Assembly: GCA_022763045.1 (NCBI GenBank)
Contig: JALEGI010000002.1
Span: 21,368-85,367, forward strand
DNA: 64,000 bases
Direction of reading: 5' to 3'
DNA from: Simkaniaceae bacterium
GTDB taxonomy: Bacteria; Chlamydiota; Chlamydiia; Chlamydiales; JACRBE01
A program made the translations under genes and the position numbers. Under the pieces are notes generated by a model that did no database searches, was not told the origin of the DNA, and saw only the letters and a program-made list of their open reading frames with translations. Below, piece after piece: positions 53,535-63,370 of this stretch; position 1 is the stretch's first letter; each line of letters begins with the position of its first letter.

Positions 53535-54505
53535 CGAGAGCGAAAGTTTTGTAGATTTTTCGCATGGATGTGCAGGTTGTTGATGCGAATCTTTTCGCCG
53601 CGGTAGTGCAAGTAGGGGATTTTTCGCCCCTCCTCATCGTGCTCCCAGGTATATTGACCGTTTGATGCGATAAAGATAGAGGTTTCATTGATAAAGCCCG
53701 TCCCCTTGCTTCCATTTCGTGGATCTTCTCCGCCAAGATAGTGGCCAAGAGCACAGGCATCAAAGATGGAGCCAAATTCATGGAAGTGTTGGTGGTAGGG
53801 GGCCGTTGATCTCGGTTTGCGCCCTTTTGGACTGCGCACATCTTCATTTCTGGCATAACTAGTTGGAAAAATTGGTAGCATTTTGATGCGGGCTTTACCA
53901 GTCCCAAAGCGATATTTTGCAATCGAGCGCATATCGTGCATGCCGCGGAGAGCATTGTTAAGCATTTCGCTTCGAAGATGTTCTGCAGCCTCCGCGTTTT
54001 TAAAGTATACAACGCTTGGAACGCAGCGAAGATCGTCGTCAAAAGTTGCGCCGATGTGTGGGTAGTTTTTCTCAAATACAGGTAGCAGTTTTGAAAAATC
54101 GACATAGATCATGTTGTCACTTTCAACCTGAAAGACATTTTCAAGCTGTTTTGCGCGCATTAAATCTGCTAGGACAAAAAAACGTTGGGTGGCGTAGAGC
54201 CAAAATCCTCCACGAAAGCGGCGATTGAGCTTTGCCCGTTTCACGAAATTTCTGTGCTCAGTTGCAAATTGGAGCTTTTCCATAGCAACTAGAGTGACGT
54301 TTTCTGCTTGAGGTCGCCGCTGCATCATCAAGACAGGTTTGGAATTTCCAACGAAATAAATGGGACAGGCTTTATTGAAAAGTGCTGCTTGATCAATTGC
54401 TGTTTGTACATAAGAGGGAATTTCTCTTCCCAAATGTACAAATACAATTGCATGTTTGGAAAAAAGCGTTGTAAATGCAATCAGAAACAGAAAAACCTTT
54501 TTCAT
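53531..54505 (-). CDS. Signal-anchored glycosyltransferase-like protein (DxD-like ESDNM)
   Basis: MKKVFLFLIAFTTLF, then AIVFVHLG (beta1) and QVESDNMIYVDF. Convergent with the YjbH-like gene, with a 4-nt overlap. Confidence 0.45.
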   Translation of the reverse strand: MKKVFLFLIAFTTLFSKHAIVFVHLGREIPSYVQTAIDQAALFNKACPIYFVGNSKPVLMMQRRPQAENVTLVAMEKLQFATEHRNFVKRAKLNRRFRGGFWLYATQRFFVLADLMRAKQLENVFQVESDNMIYVDFSKLLPVFEKNYPHIGATFDDDLRCVPSVVYFKNAEAAEHLRSEMLNNALRGMHDMRSIAKYRFGTGKARIKMLPIFPTSYARNEDVRSPKGRKPRSTAPYHQHFHEFGSIFDACALGHYLGGEDPRNGSKGTGFINETSIFIASNGQYTWEHDEEGRKIPYLHYRGEKIRINNLHIHAKNLQNFRSR

Positions 54506-54557
54506 AGAACCTCAATTTGGTACAAAGATACTAGTCAAAAAAAGGGTAAAAAATCAA

Positions 54558-55559
54558 ATGCTGCAAACAGAACAAATCTTTCTTACACACCGTCCACGGC
54601 GCAATCGTAAAATGCCTGCAATCCGAGAGCTCATTGCAGAATCACATCTTAAACCAAGTGATTTGGTCGTTCCTTTTTTCCTAATTGAAGGCGATAATCA
54701 ACAAGAAGAAATTCCCGAACTTCCTGGTGTCTATCGTTACACAGTTGATCTAGTTATTGAAGAAGCAGCAGCTTTGCATCGCGATGGTATTCAAGCAATT
54801 GCACTTTTTCCTGTACTCGATGCAGAAGTGCGCGACGAGGAGGCAAGCGCCTCACGCGATCCAGAGGGGCTGATCCCCTGGGCTGTGCGCTTGCTGAAAA
54901 AAGAGCTTCCAACACTCACCATCATTGCCGATGTCGCTCTCGATCCCTACACATCTCATGGCCACGACGGTATTGTTGATGATCAGATGCGCATTGATAA
55001 CGACCGTACCCTCGCCGCTCTTGGAGAGCAGGCTCTTGTGCAGGCGGAAGCAGGCGTCGATATTATTGCCCCAAGCGATATGATGGATGGACGCGTGAAA
55101 TACTTGCGTGAAATCCTCGACGACGCTGGCTTTACAGAGACAACAATTTTATCCTACTGCGCAAAATACGCCTCATCGCTTTACAACCCCTTCCGCAGCG
55201 CAATCAACACAGAGCTCTCTTTTGGGGACAAACGCACCTACCAAATGGATCCGGCAAATGTAAAAGAGGCGCTTTTAGAAGCAAAGTTTGATGAGGCTGA
55301 AGGAGCGGATATGCTCCTTGTAAAGCCAGCGAGTTTGTATCTCGATGTTGTGGCCAAAATGGCTGAGAGCACCTCGCTTCCAGTAGGAGCCTATCATGTG
55401 AGTGGAGAGTATGCCATGGTGATGGCGGCAGATAGAGCGGGCCTACTTGATGCGTCTGCAGTCTTTTATGAAACGCTACTTTCAATCAAAAGAGCAGGAG
55501 CGCGTTTTATTTTCACCTACGCTGCAAACCACGTATTGCCAATCTTAACAAACTCTTAA
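54558..55559 (+). CDS. hemB: Porphobilinogen synthase (delta-aminolevulinate dehydratase), aspartate-rich (non-zinc) type
   Basis: RPRRNR, DVALDPYTSHGHDG (no Cys triad), Schiff-base lysine in LLVKPA, YHVSGEYAM. ATG at 54558 is preferred. Confidence 0.92.
   Translation: MLQTEQIFLTHRPRRNRKMPAIRELIAESHLKPSDLVVPFFLIEGDNQQEEIPELPGVYRYTVDLVIEEAAALHRDGIQAIALFPVLDAEVRDEEASASRDPEGLIPWAVRLLKKELPTLTIIADVALDPYTSHGHDGIVDDQMRIDNDRTLAALGEQALVQAEAGVDIIAPSDMMDGRVKYLREILDDAGFTETTILSYCAKYASSLYNPFRSAINTELSFGDKRTYQMDPANVKEALLEAKFDEAEGADMLLVKPASLYLDVVAKMAESTSLPVGAYHVSGEYAMVMAADRAGLLDASAVFYETLLSIKRAGARFIFTYAANHVLPILTNS
55126..55143 (+). repeat. Solo module A inside hemB (sense)
   Basis: GCTGGCTTTACAGAGACA, read as A-G-F-T-E-T. 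Confidence 0.8.
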
Positions 55560-55630
55560 ATGTCTGTAAAGCCGCTTTACAAGCTAACTTTTTGTCTCTG
55601 TAAAGCCAGAAATTTTTCCGCTTTACAGGG
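55541..55630 (-). repeat. Long-form mosaic repeat, reversed copy, overlapping the last codons and stop of hemB
   Basis: The reverse complement reads CCCTGTAAAGCGGAAAAATTTCTGGCTTTACAGAGACAAAAAGTTAGCTTGTAAAGCGGCTTTACAGACATTTAAGAGTTTGTTAAGA. It is colinear with 15459-15547 and 49975-50067. Confidence 0.85.
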
Positions 55631-55705
55631 CATTTTTTGCCCAAGCGGTTTCCAATAAATACAATTCGCGTTAAACTAGGTGATACTCAAAATAGAAGGC
55701 GCAAC

Positions 55706-57328
55706 ATGATTGATAATTATGAAGAATTTTCCGAGCAACAAGTAAAATTATTAGAAAAATTTGTTACCAGTACAACGGGTAGCATTTTTGTTTTGCGTAA
55801 CTTGCCCGAAGTCATTAAGGGGGCGCTCTTTTCACGCTACTCCCGCTCAAGTTTAGGGCTTCGCTCACTCCTTCTGAAAGAGTTTATTCTCAATGATGAG
55901 ACCGCTTTCCAGTCAATTGTTGGCGGAACGGATGAAAACGGAGAACAATTTGTAGCGATCAAAAAGGCGCAAAACTTCTATGACCGTATTCTAGATGGCT
56001 ATGGTGATGACTCGATTGGTGAATTGGGTGGCGCCCACTTGGCCGTTGAAAATGTCTCCATGCTTGCTGCAAAGGAGATCGAAGACTGTCGCATCGGTGG
56101 ATCCCCACTGGAAAAGTCGACACGTTACGTCTATTTTGATCAGAAGGTAAATGGCGAATATCTCTTTTACAGAGAGCCAATTTTGATGACATCAGCCTTC
56201 CGTGACGCCTATGTCGATGTGTGTAATTTGCTCTTTGATACCTATGGAAAAATTATTCCACCTCTAACTGAATACATGGAAAAGAAATTTCCGAAAGAAG
56301 AGGGCGTATCGAAGGGAGCCTACACGGCAGCTATCCGCGCCAAAGTACTCGATTGTTTGAGAGGCCTACTCCCCGCTGCGACGATGACAAATATGGGCGT
56401 GTATGGAAATGGGCGCTTTTACGAGACGTTAATTCAAAAACTCAACTGTCACAACCTCTCTGAGCTCCAAGAAATTGGAAAAAAATCGTACGAAGAGCTC
56501 TCAAAAGTGATCCCCTCTTTCATCCGCCGCTCCGAGAGCAATCACAAGTATCAAAATACCTTCACAAAATTCAAAGAGGCAATGAAAGAGCGCACCAAAA
56601 CGCTTGTTTCTGCTCTTCCAGAGATGCCAGCTGTGAATGGGCCGATGGTTCAGATGGTCAATCACGACCCAGAGGGACCGGTAAAGCTCGCAGCAGCTCT
56701 GCTTTTTGCAAGCTCGAACCAATCGCTTGAAGATCTACAGGCCTACTGCAAGCAGCTTCCTGTTGAGGAGCTGCATGAGATTCTAGATGCGGCAGCGGTT
56801 GAGCGCGACAATCGCCGTCACAAGTCGCCGCGTGCTCTTGAGCACGTCTCATTTACATTCAGCATTGTTTCTGACTTTGGATGCTACCGCGATCTACATC
56901 GCCACCGTACGCTCACTCAAGAGAGGCAGTTACTTACTTGTGACGCAGACTATTTTGTTCCAGAAGAGATTGTTGGCACGCCAATGGAAAAGCTCTACCG
57001 TCACGCAATGGATGAGGCGAAAAAGGTCTACGATTCTGTAGCTGAAGAGCTTCCTGAAGAGGCGCAGTACGTTGTGCCGATGGGATACAATGTACACTGG
57101 TATTTCCACATCAATCTGCGTGCGCTGCAATGGCTCACTGAGCTACGCTCGCAGGCCGCTGGTCACCCCACCTACCGCTATATCGCTCAAGAGATGGCAA
57201 GTCAGGTGATCAAAGCCTACCCTGAATACAAACGTTACCTCGAATTTGTCGACTTTGATGGCTACGATCTCGGCCGCCTTGGTCAAGAGATTCGTACAGA
57301 AGAAAAACTCAAAGCGCGGATGTCATGA
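55706..57328 (+). CDS. thyX: Flavin-dependent thymidylate synthase, long chlamydial form (ThyX family)
   Basis: About 540 aa with the ThyX-type RHR motif (YRDLHRHRTLTQ). It sits next to hemB, as I recall for C. trachomatis. ATG at 55706 is preferred. Confidence 0.65.
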   Translation: MIDNYEEFSEQQVKLLEKFVTSTTGSIFVLRNLPEVIKGALFSRYSRSSLGLRSLLLKEFILNDETAFQSIVGGTDENGEQFVAIKKAQNFYDRILDGYGDDSIGELGGAHLAVENVSMLAAKEIEDCRIGGSPLEKSTRYVYFDQKVNGEYLFYREPILMTSAFRDAYVDVCNLLFDTYGKIIPPLTEYMEKKFPKEEGVSKGAYTAAIRAKVLDCLRGLLPAATMTNMGVYGNGRFYETLIQKLNCHNLSELQEIGKKSYEELSKVIPSFIRRSESNHKYQNTFTKFKEAMKERTKTLVSALPEMPAVNGPMVQMVNHDPEGPVKLAAALLFASSNQSLEDLQAYCKQLPVEELHEILDAAAVERDNRRHKSPRALEHVSFTFSIVSDFGCYRDLHRHRTLTQERQLLTCDADYFVPEEIVGTPMEKLYRHAMDEAKKVYDSVAEELPEEAQYVVPMGYNVHWYFHINLRALQWLTELRSQAAGHPTYRYIAQEMASQVIKAYPEYKRYLEFVDFDGYDLGRLGQEIRTEEKLKARMS

Positions 57329-58533
57329 AGCAGGGAAGTGTTATTGGCGGTAGCCTTTTAATTGGTGGAAGTTGTATTGGAGCCGGGATGCTCGGCTTGC
57401 CAGTGATCACTGGGATTGCCGGATTTGTTCCCTCACTTGTGATGTTCTTTTTTGCGTGGGCATTTATGACCACAACCGGTCTTTTGTTGGTCGAGGTTAA
57501 CCAATGGTTTGACAGCGACATCAATTTAGGGACGATGGTTGATAAGACGTTGGGGCCGGTATTCAAAGGGCTCACTCAAATTCTCTACTTATTTTTGTTC
57601 TACGCTCTGCTTGTCGCCTACATTGCTGGAAGTGGACAACACCTATCCGATCTATTTAAAAAGATGATTCCCGCCTATATTGGGAGTTTTTTCTTTGTAT
57701 TGCTATTCGGAAATTTTGTCTACATGGGAACGCGATCGGTAGATTTATTTAACCGTCTTTTGATGGTTTTAAAAATTGGTGCCTTTCTTATCGTTGTTTT
57801 TCTCGGCTTGAGCTACATCCAAGCGCATCTTTTGGTGCACATGGAATGGACATACGCTTTTTTTCCTATCCCGATTCTAATCATTTCGTTCGGTTTTCAT
57901 AACATGATTCCGACCCTGAACCACTATTTAGGTGGGGATACCAAGCGTGTTAGGTGGGCAATCATCGGCGGATCGAGCTTTGCATTGTGTATTTATATCA
58001 TCTGGGAGTTTGTTTGTTTGGGAATTATTCCAAGCGAAGGAACAGATGGACTGCTAGCTGCCTATAACAGGGGTGCTGATGCAACCCAAGTCATTAAAAG
58101 TTTTGTTCAGAATGCGAAAGCAATTAGCTACTCTTCCTTGGGACTGGCGCTTTTTGCGATCCTTACCTCATTTTTGGCTCAATCACTAAGTTTAGTGCAC
58201 TTCATAAGCGATATGCTTGAAAATCGTGGAGAAAATCGCGAAAGCATGGGTGTTTTGTGCATCACATTGATTCCTCCTCTTGTGATGGCAATGATCTACC
58301 CCGGAATCTTCTTTGAGGCGCTTTGCTTTGCAGGGGGAATTTGTGCTGTTATCTTATTTGGCGTCTTTCCCGCGCTGATGGTTTGGAAAGGGCGCTATCG
58401 TCAAGGCATGGAGTCTCCCTATCAAACCTATGGTGGGAAGGGTTTGCTAATAGCTGTGATTGTCATTTCATTGGTTATTTTCATTCAGCAGTTGAGCGAT
58501 CTGATTCACTTTCCACTATTCCCAGTCCCTTAA
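57325..58533 (+). CDS. tyrP: Aromatic amino acid (tyrosine/tryptophan) permease, Mtr/TnaB/TyrP family
   Basis: 402 aa, 11-12 TM helices, N-terminal GGSLLIGGSCIGAGMLGLP. ATGA overlap with thyX. Confidence 0.8.
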   Translation: MKQGSVIGGSLLIGGSCIGAGMLGLPVITGIAGFVPSLVMFFFAWAFMTTTGLLLVEVNQWFDSDINLGTMVDKTLGPVFKGLTQILYLFLFYALLVAYIAGSGQHLSDLFKKMIPAYIGSFFFVLLFGNFVYMGTRSVDLFNRLLMVLKIGAFLIVVFLGLSYIQAHLLVHMEWTYAFFPIPILIISFGFHNMIPTLNHYLGGDTKRVRWAIIGGSSFALCIYIIWEFVCLGIIPSEGTDGLLAAYNRGADATQVIKSFVQNAKAISYSSLGLALFAILTSFLAQSLSLVHFISDMLENRGENRESMGVLCITLIPPLVMAMIYPGIFFEALCFAGGICAVILFGVFPALMVWKGRYRQGMESPYQTYGGKGLLIAVIVISLVIFIQQLSDLIHFPLFPVP

Positions 58534-58543
58534 GGAGTAATTC

Positions 58544-59740
58544 ATGCGACTCAATCACTACCTTGGGGGAATCTTACTTGTTTCGGGAACCACGATTGGC
58601 GCGGCGATGCTTGCCGTTCCAATTGGCACAGGTTTTATGGGGTTTTTTCCCTCTCTAGCACTCTTTTTCGCCTGTTGGCTCTTCTTTTTGATCACAGCGA
58701 TTTTTTTCATCGATATCAATGATTCGATTGGTGGAGAGCCCAACCTCATCTCTATGGCTGGAAAGACGATTGGGGTTTTTGGGCAGATTGTGACCTGGAT
58801 TCTCTATCTACTTTTGCTCTACTCGCTAGTTGCTGCCTACATTGCAGGCAGTGCGCCTCTCTTTAGCAAGGCGCTACACATCCCTCTGTGGCTCGGCTGC
58901 TTTGCGCTTCCTGTAGTCTTTGGCTTTTTCATCTATTTGGGGACGGCGGGCGTCGATGTGATCAATCGCATCTTCATGGCTTTTTTGATCTTTACCTACA
59001 TTATTTTGATCGCTTTTGTGCCCGAGCATGTGAGTGGAAATCTCTTGCTGCATATCGATTGGAAGGTCGGTTTTGTGGGGGTTCCTATTGTTGTTACCTC
59101 ATTTGGCTACCACATTATTCTACCAACGCTTGCGACCTACCTTAATCACGATCGCAAGCACCTCATTATGACCGCTGTGATTGGCAGTTTAGTCACGATT
59201 GTCGTGTATGGCATTTGGCAGGCAATGGTACTCGGAGTTGTTCCCTTAACTGGGCCGATTTCGCTCACAAAGGGATGGATAGAGGGCCAGTCGGCCGCTG
59301 CACCCCTATCAATGCTTTTGCAAAATCGCTGGGTGGCCCTCTCAGCTCAATTTTTTGCTTTTTTCGCGATTGTCACCTCGTTTCTTGGTGTCAGTTTGAG
59401 CTTAGCGGATTTTTTGACTGATGGATTGAGTTTAAAAAAGAGTTGGGAGGGAAGGTTAATTGCGATTTTCCTAACATTTGTTCCTCCACTCATCTTTGTT
59501 TTTACCTATCAGCGGGGATTTTATCTCGCCCTTCAACATGGCGGTGCTTTTGTCATTTTGCTCCTCGGATTTTTGCCGAGTTGGATGGCGTGGAAGCTCT
59601 ACCGCTCAATTTCAATGCGTCTTTTACTGATTTTGATGATGCTCATCTCCATTGGAGTCGTGATCATCGACTGCATGGGTCAGTGGGGGCTTTTTCAACA
59701 CCTTATGATGCCCTATGTTCAAGCTCAAAACGCCCTTTGA
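58544..59740 (+). CDS. tyrP: Aromatic amino acid permease, second tandem copy
   Basis: 398 aa with [20 protein letters not shown]. Paralogue of the preceding gene. Confidence 0.8.
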   Translation: MRLNHYLGGILLVSGTTIGAAMLAVPIGTGFMGFFPSLALFFACWLFFLITAIFFIDINDSIGGEPNLISMAGKTIGVFGQIVTWILYLLLLYSLVAAYIAGSAPLFSKALHIPLWLGCFALPVVFGFFIYLGTAGVDVINRIFMAFLIFTYIILIAFVPEHVSGNLLLHIDWKVGFVGVPIVVTSFGYHIILPTLATYLNHDRKHLIMTAVIGSLVTIVVYGIWQAMVLGVVPLTGPISLTKGWIEGQSAAAPLSMLLQNRWVALSAQFFAFFAIVTSFLGVSLSLADFLTDGLSLKKSWEGRLIAIFLTFVPPLIFVFTYQRGFYLALQHGGAFVILLLGFLPSWMAWKLYRSISMRLLLILMMLISIGVVIIDCMGQWGLFQHLMMPYVQAQNAL

Positions 59741-61703
59741 ACCGAAAGGGGATCAGCCCCAAGCAATTGAAAAACTTGTAGCGGGTGTCGAAAATGGGCA
59801 GAACGCGCAAGTACTCCTTGGAATTACTGGGTCGGGAAAGACCTTCACGATGGCAAATGTTATCGAGCGGACCGGGCGTCCAACGCTGATACTGGCGCAC
59901 AACAAAACGCTCGCAGCACAGCTCTACCAAGAGTTCAAGAGCTTCTTTCCTGAAAATGCTGTTGAGTATTTCGTCTCCTACTACGATTACTATCAACCTG
60001 AGGCCTATATTGCGCGAACAGACACCTACATCGAGAAGGATTTAGCGATCAACGATCGCATCGAGAGAATGCGCCTCTCGGCAACGTGCGCGGTCTTAGA
60101 GAGACGCGATGTCATCGTCGTTTCCTCCGTTTCATGCATTTACGGCTTGGGTGATCCCGAGTCGTTTGCGAGCATGCGTTTGCCGCTCAAGGTGGGGCAA
60201 GAGGTGGGCCGCGATGATGTGCTCTACAAACTCGTCGATATTCATTATGAGCGCAATGATATTGAGCTGGTGCGTGGAAAATTCCGTGTGCGCGGCGATA
60301 TTTTGGAAATTGTGCCTGCCTACGAAGAAGAGATTGCCTATCGCGTCGAATTTTTTGGCGATGAGATTGAGCGCATCAGCGAGATCGACCCACTGACAGG
60401 GAAAGTTCATCAGCGGATCGAGCATCTGATGATCTACCCCGCCTCGCACTATGTCAGTCCTCCTGAAGTGCGCGAAAAAGCAATTGAAACGATTCGCAGC
60501 GAGCTCAAGCATCAAAAAGATCACTTTGAAAAAGCGCAGAAGCTCGTTGAAAAGCAACGCATTGATCAGCGCACCCGCTACGATATGGAAATGATCAAAG
60601 AGATTGGCTATTGCAAGGGAGTCGAGAACTATTCGCGCCATTTTGAAGGGCGCCTTCCTGGGACGCCACCCTCGACACTCATTGACTATTTTCCCAATGA
60701 TTTTCTCTTTTTCATCGACGAATCGCACCAAACAGTACCGCAGGTGCGCGCCATGTACAATGGCGATCGCTCGCGCAAACAATCGCTTGTTGAGTTTGGC
60801 TTTCGTCTCCCCTCGGCCTTTGACAATCGTCCCCTGAAGTTCGAAGAGTTCGAGAAAAAATTGAGACAGGTTGTCTACGTTTCGGCAACACCAGGTCCAT
60901 GGGAGCTTGAGCAGTCTGGGGGAGAGTTGATTGAGCAAATTATTCGCCCAACGGGGCTACTTGATCCTAAGATTGAGGTGCGCAGCGCAGGGAATCAGGT
61001 CGATGACTGCATGGACGAGATCCAAAAAGTGAAAGCCCGTGGGGGGCGTGTTTTAGTAACAACTTTGACAAAGCGCCTCTCAGAAGATTTGAGTAAATAT
61101 CTCGTCGAGCTTGGAGTGAAAGCGAAGTATTTGCATTCAGATATTGATACGCTAGAGCGTGTGCAAATTATCAAAGAATTGCGTCAAGGGAACTTTGATG
61201 TGTTAGTGGGTATCAACCTTTTGAGGGAGGGGCTTGATATTCCCGAAGTTGAGCTTGTGTGTATTCTCGATGCCGACAAAGAGGGCTTTTTGCGTAGTGA
61301 AACGGCACTCGTTCAAACTTGTGGTCGGGCAGCGCGCAATGAGCATGGCCGCGTTATTTTGTATGCTGATAAAGAGACGACAGCAATCAAAAACACAATT
61401 GCGATTACCGAAAACCGGCGACAGGTTCAAGAAGAGCACAATAAAAAGCATGGAATTACGCCTCATACGGTGAAACGCGAGGTGGTTGAAACCTTAAGCG
61501 AGACCTTCCTGGGTTATGAACCCACAGAAAAGAAAAAAGAGCCGCTCATTATTTCTCCTGAAGAGATCAAAAAGCGGATCAAATCCCTTGAAAAAGAGAT
61601 GCGCGCAGCTGCAAAAGAGATGCGCTTTGAAGAGGCGGCAAACTTGCGTGATCAGCTTCATTACTACCAAAACCTCGAGATGCTCGAGGACAATCCTCTA
61701 TGA
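59715..61703 (+). CDS. uvrB: Excinuclease ABC subunit B
   Basis: [20 protein letters not shown], and a C-terminal UVR domain ([13 protein letters not shown]). Confidence 0.97.
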   Translation: MFKLKTPFEPKGDQPQAIEKLVAGVENGQNAQVLLGITGSGKTFTMANVIERTGRPTLILAHNKTLAAQLYQEFKSFFPENAVEYFVSYYDYYQPEAYIARTDTYIEKDLAINDRIERMRLSATCAVLERRDVIVVSSVSCIYGLGDPESFASMRLPLKVGQEVGRDDVLYKLVDIHYERNDIELVRGKFRVRGDILEIVPAYEEEIAYRVEFFGDEIERISEIDPLTGKVHQRIEHLMIYPASHYVSPPEVREKAIETIRSELKHQKDHFEKAQKLVEKQRIDQRTRYDMEMIKEIGYCKGVENYSRHFEGRLPGTPPSTLIDYFPNDFLFFIDESHQTVPQVRAMYNGDRSRKQSLVEFGFRLPSAFDNRPLKFEEFEKKLRQVVYVSATPGPWELEQSGGELIEQIIRPTGLLDPKIEVRSAGNQVDDCMDEIQKVKARGGRVLVTTLTKRLSEDLSKYLVELGVKAKYLHSDIDTLERVQIIKELRQGNFDVLVGINLLREGLDIPEVELVCILDADKEGFLRSETALVQTCGRAARNEHGRVILYADKETTAIKNTIAITENRRQVQEEHNKKHGITPHTVKREVVETLSETFLGYEPTEKKKEPLIISPEEIKKRIKSLEKEMRAAAKEMRFEEAANLRDQLHYYQNLEMLEDNPL

Positions 61704-62584
61704 AAAAGCTCCTACTCTCCAATCTTGCGCATATTGGAGATGTGATTATTGCAACGAGCGTATTGCCGAGTTTGCGCGAAAAATTTCCCAAGACTGAAAT
61801 CGGTTTTTTATGCGGTTCATGGGCAAAGGATCTGCTTGACGTAGACCATATCCATGTGCTTGATCACTACAAGCACGATCGCAAGCATCCCTCTTTATTT
61901 CGCTATCTTGCGCAGAAAAGGGGCATTGTTGAGGAGATTTCAGACTACGATGCGGCAATTGATTTGTACCCCTTTTTTTGGAATGCCGCCCATGTTTTTT
62001 ACAAAGCAAAAATCCCCATTCGCGTTGGATTTACAGAGAGAGTTTTTGGAAAATGCTACACACATCGACACCCCTTTTGCCCGCAAGAAAGGCTGCTTTG
62101 TGAGTCCTATCGCCCCTTGCTTGCTGAGTTTGGAGTTGAGGGGCCACTTAAAAGTGACGTTTTGTTTGAAGAGATGGAGCAATATCGCAATTTGACCCTC
62201 CTACATGTCGGCGGCGGAGCTGTGCGAAAGAGGTGGCAATTAGAGCGGTGGATTGCGGTTGCAAAAGAGCTGGAAAAGCAGGGGCATATTCTTGGCTTTA
62301 CAGGGAGAGAAGAGCAAAAATTGATCGCGCCTATTTTAGAGCATTTGGAGCGTCCTGTGAACTTGTGTGATCGGCTTACTTTGAGGCAATTTGCCGGCGT
62401 TGTGCGCCAATCAAGACTTGTGATCGGAATGGATTCTGCGATTATTCATTTGGCCCGCGCTTTTGATGTCCCATCGATTTCGATTCATGCGCCGATTGAC
62501 AATCCCAAAATTTGGGGAGGCAATATTGCACTCTATCAAAGCGCCACATCTAACGATGTGATTAATTCTTTACATTTGCTATAA
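61700..62584 (+). CDS. Glycosyltransferase family 9 (heptosyltransferase-like)
   Basis: [44 protein letters not shown]. Contains two near-copies of module A (62025-62042 V-G-F-T-E-R and 62291-62312 L-G-F-T-G-R). Confidence 0.75.
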   Translation: MKKLLLSNLAHIGDVIIATSVLPSLREKFPKTEIGFLCGSWAKDLLDVDHIHVLDHYKHDRKHPSLFRYLAQKRGIVEEISDYDAAIDLYPFFWNAAHVFYKAKIPIRVGFTERVFGKCYTHRHPFCPQERLLCESYRPLLAEFGVEGPLKSDVLFEEMEQYRNLTLLHVGGGAVRKRWQLERWIAVAKELEKQGHILGFTGREEQKLIAPILEHLERPVNLCDRLTLRQFAGVVRQSRLVIGMDSAIIHLARAFDVPSISIHAPIDNPKIWGGNIALYQSATSNDVINSLHLL

Positions 62585-62593
62585 CTGTCTCCT

Positions 62594-63370
62594 ATGAAAG
62601 TGGTGATTTTAGCAGGTGGACTTGGCCTGCGTCTCTCTGAACATACCGATCGCTGTCCGAAACCGATGGTTCCCATTGGTGAGCACCCCATGCTCTGGCA
62701 CATCATGCAGGTCTATGCTGCCCATGAAATTGAAGAGTTTGTCATCGCTCTTGGGTATAAACAAGAGGTGATCAAAGACTATTTCACAAAGTTCACACAG
62801 CGTGGAAGTGACCTCTCTATTGATTTGGCCACCGGGGAGTGTGAGGTGCATGCGAGTCGAACGCCCGATTGGAAGGTGCATCTTGTTGATACTGGAGAGC
62901 GCACCATGACAGGAGGGCGCCTCAAGCGGCTACGCAAATGGATTGGCAACGAAACATTTATGATGACCTATGGTGATGGCCTTGCTGATATCGACATTTA
63001 CGAGCTGCTCACTTTTCATCGTCGCCATGGGAAACTCGCAACCATGACAGCAGTGCGTCCGCCCGCTCGCTTTGGTTGTCTACACCTAGATGGACAAAGT
63101 GTTGTTCGCTTTGATGAGAAACCGCAAGCTGATGAGGGGTGGATCAATGGAGGCTTTTTTGTCCTTGAGCCTGAAGTGCTCGAATATATTTCAGGTGATG
63201 AAGTGATGTGGGAGAGGGTGCCACTCGAAAAGCTCGCGGCAGATGGAGAGCTAATGGCCTACCAACATGGAGGTTTTTGGCAGCCGATGGATACTTTGCG
63301 AGAACAGAGAAAACTCGAAGCCATGTGGAAAAAAGGAGAAGCGCCATGGATGATGGTGAAGCAGTATTAG
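62594..63370 (+). CDS. rfbF: Glucose-1-phosphate cytidylyltransferase
   Basis: MKVVILAGGLGLRLSEHTDRCPKPMVPIGEHPMLWHIMQ matches the RfbF N-terminus almost residue for residue. Also has MTYGDGLADID. Confidence 0.85.
   Translation: MKVVILAGGLGLRLSEHTDRCPKPMVPIGEHPMLWHIMQVYAAHEIEEFVIALGYKQEVIKDYFTKFTQRGSDLSIDLATGECEVHASRTPDWKVHLVDTGERTMTGGRLKRLRKWIGNETFMMTYGDGLADIDIYELLTFHRRHGKLATMTAVRPPARFGCLHLDGQSVVRFDEKPQADEGWINGGFFVLEPEVLEYISGDEVMWERVPLEKLAADGELMAYQHGGFWQPMDTLREQRKLEAMWKKGEAPWMMVKQY

Noticed and set aside
53389-54105. 238-aa ORF overlapping the 324-aa glycosyltransferase-like gene in another frame
   Set aside because: The 324-aa frame has a signal anchor and GT-A-like blocks and spans the whole interval. 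The 238-aa frame is a shadow ORF.
4665-55607. Module A as a Chi-like recombination hotspot for the adjacent RecBCD
   Set aside because: Known Chi sites are 5-8 nt and strongly strand-biased with respect to replication. This word is conserved over 13-24 nt and occurs 12 times forward and 6 times reverse here. The idea is not excluded, but it is not the best fit.
4660-55630. Whether the recurring palindromes could be a CRISPR array
   Set aside because: The copies are dispersed over 50 kb in separate spacers, are not regularly spaced, occur in both orientations, and have no cas genes nearby.
60132-60938. 268-aa ORF antisense to uvrB
   Set aside because: uvrB is unambiguous on the plus strand. 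The antisense ORF has no recognisable motif and is a shadow of a long conserved frame.
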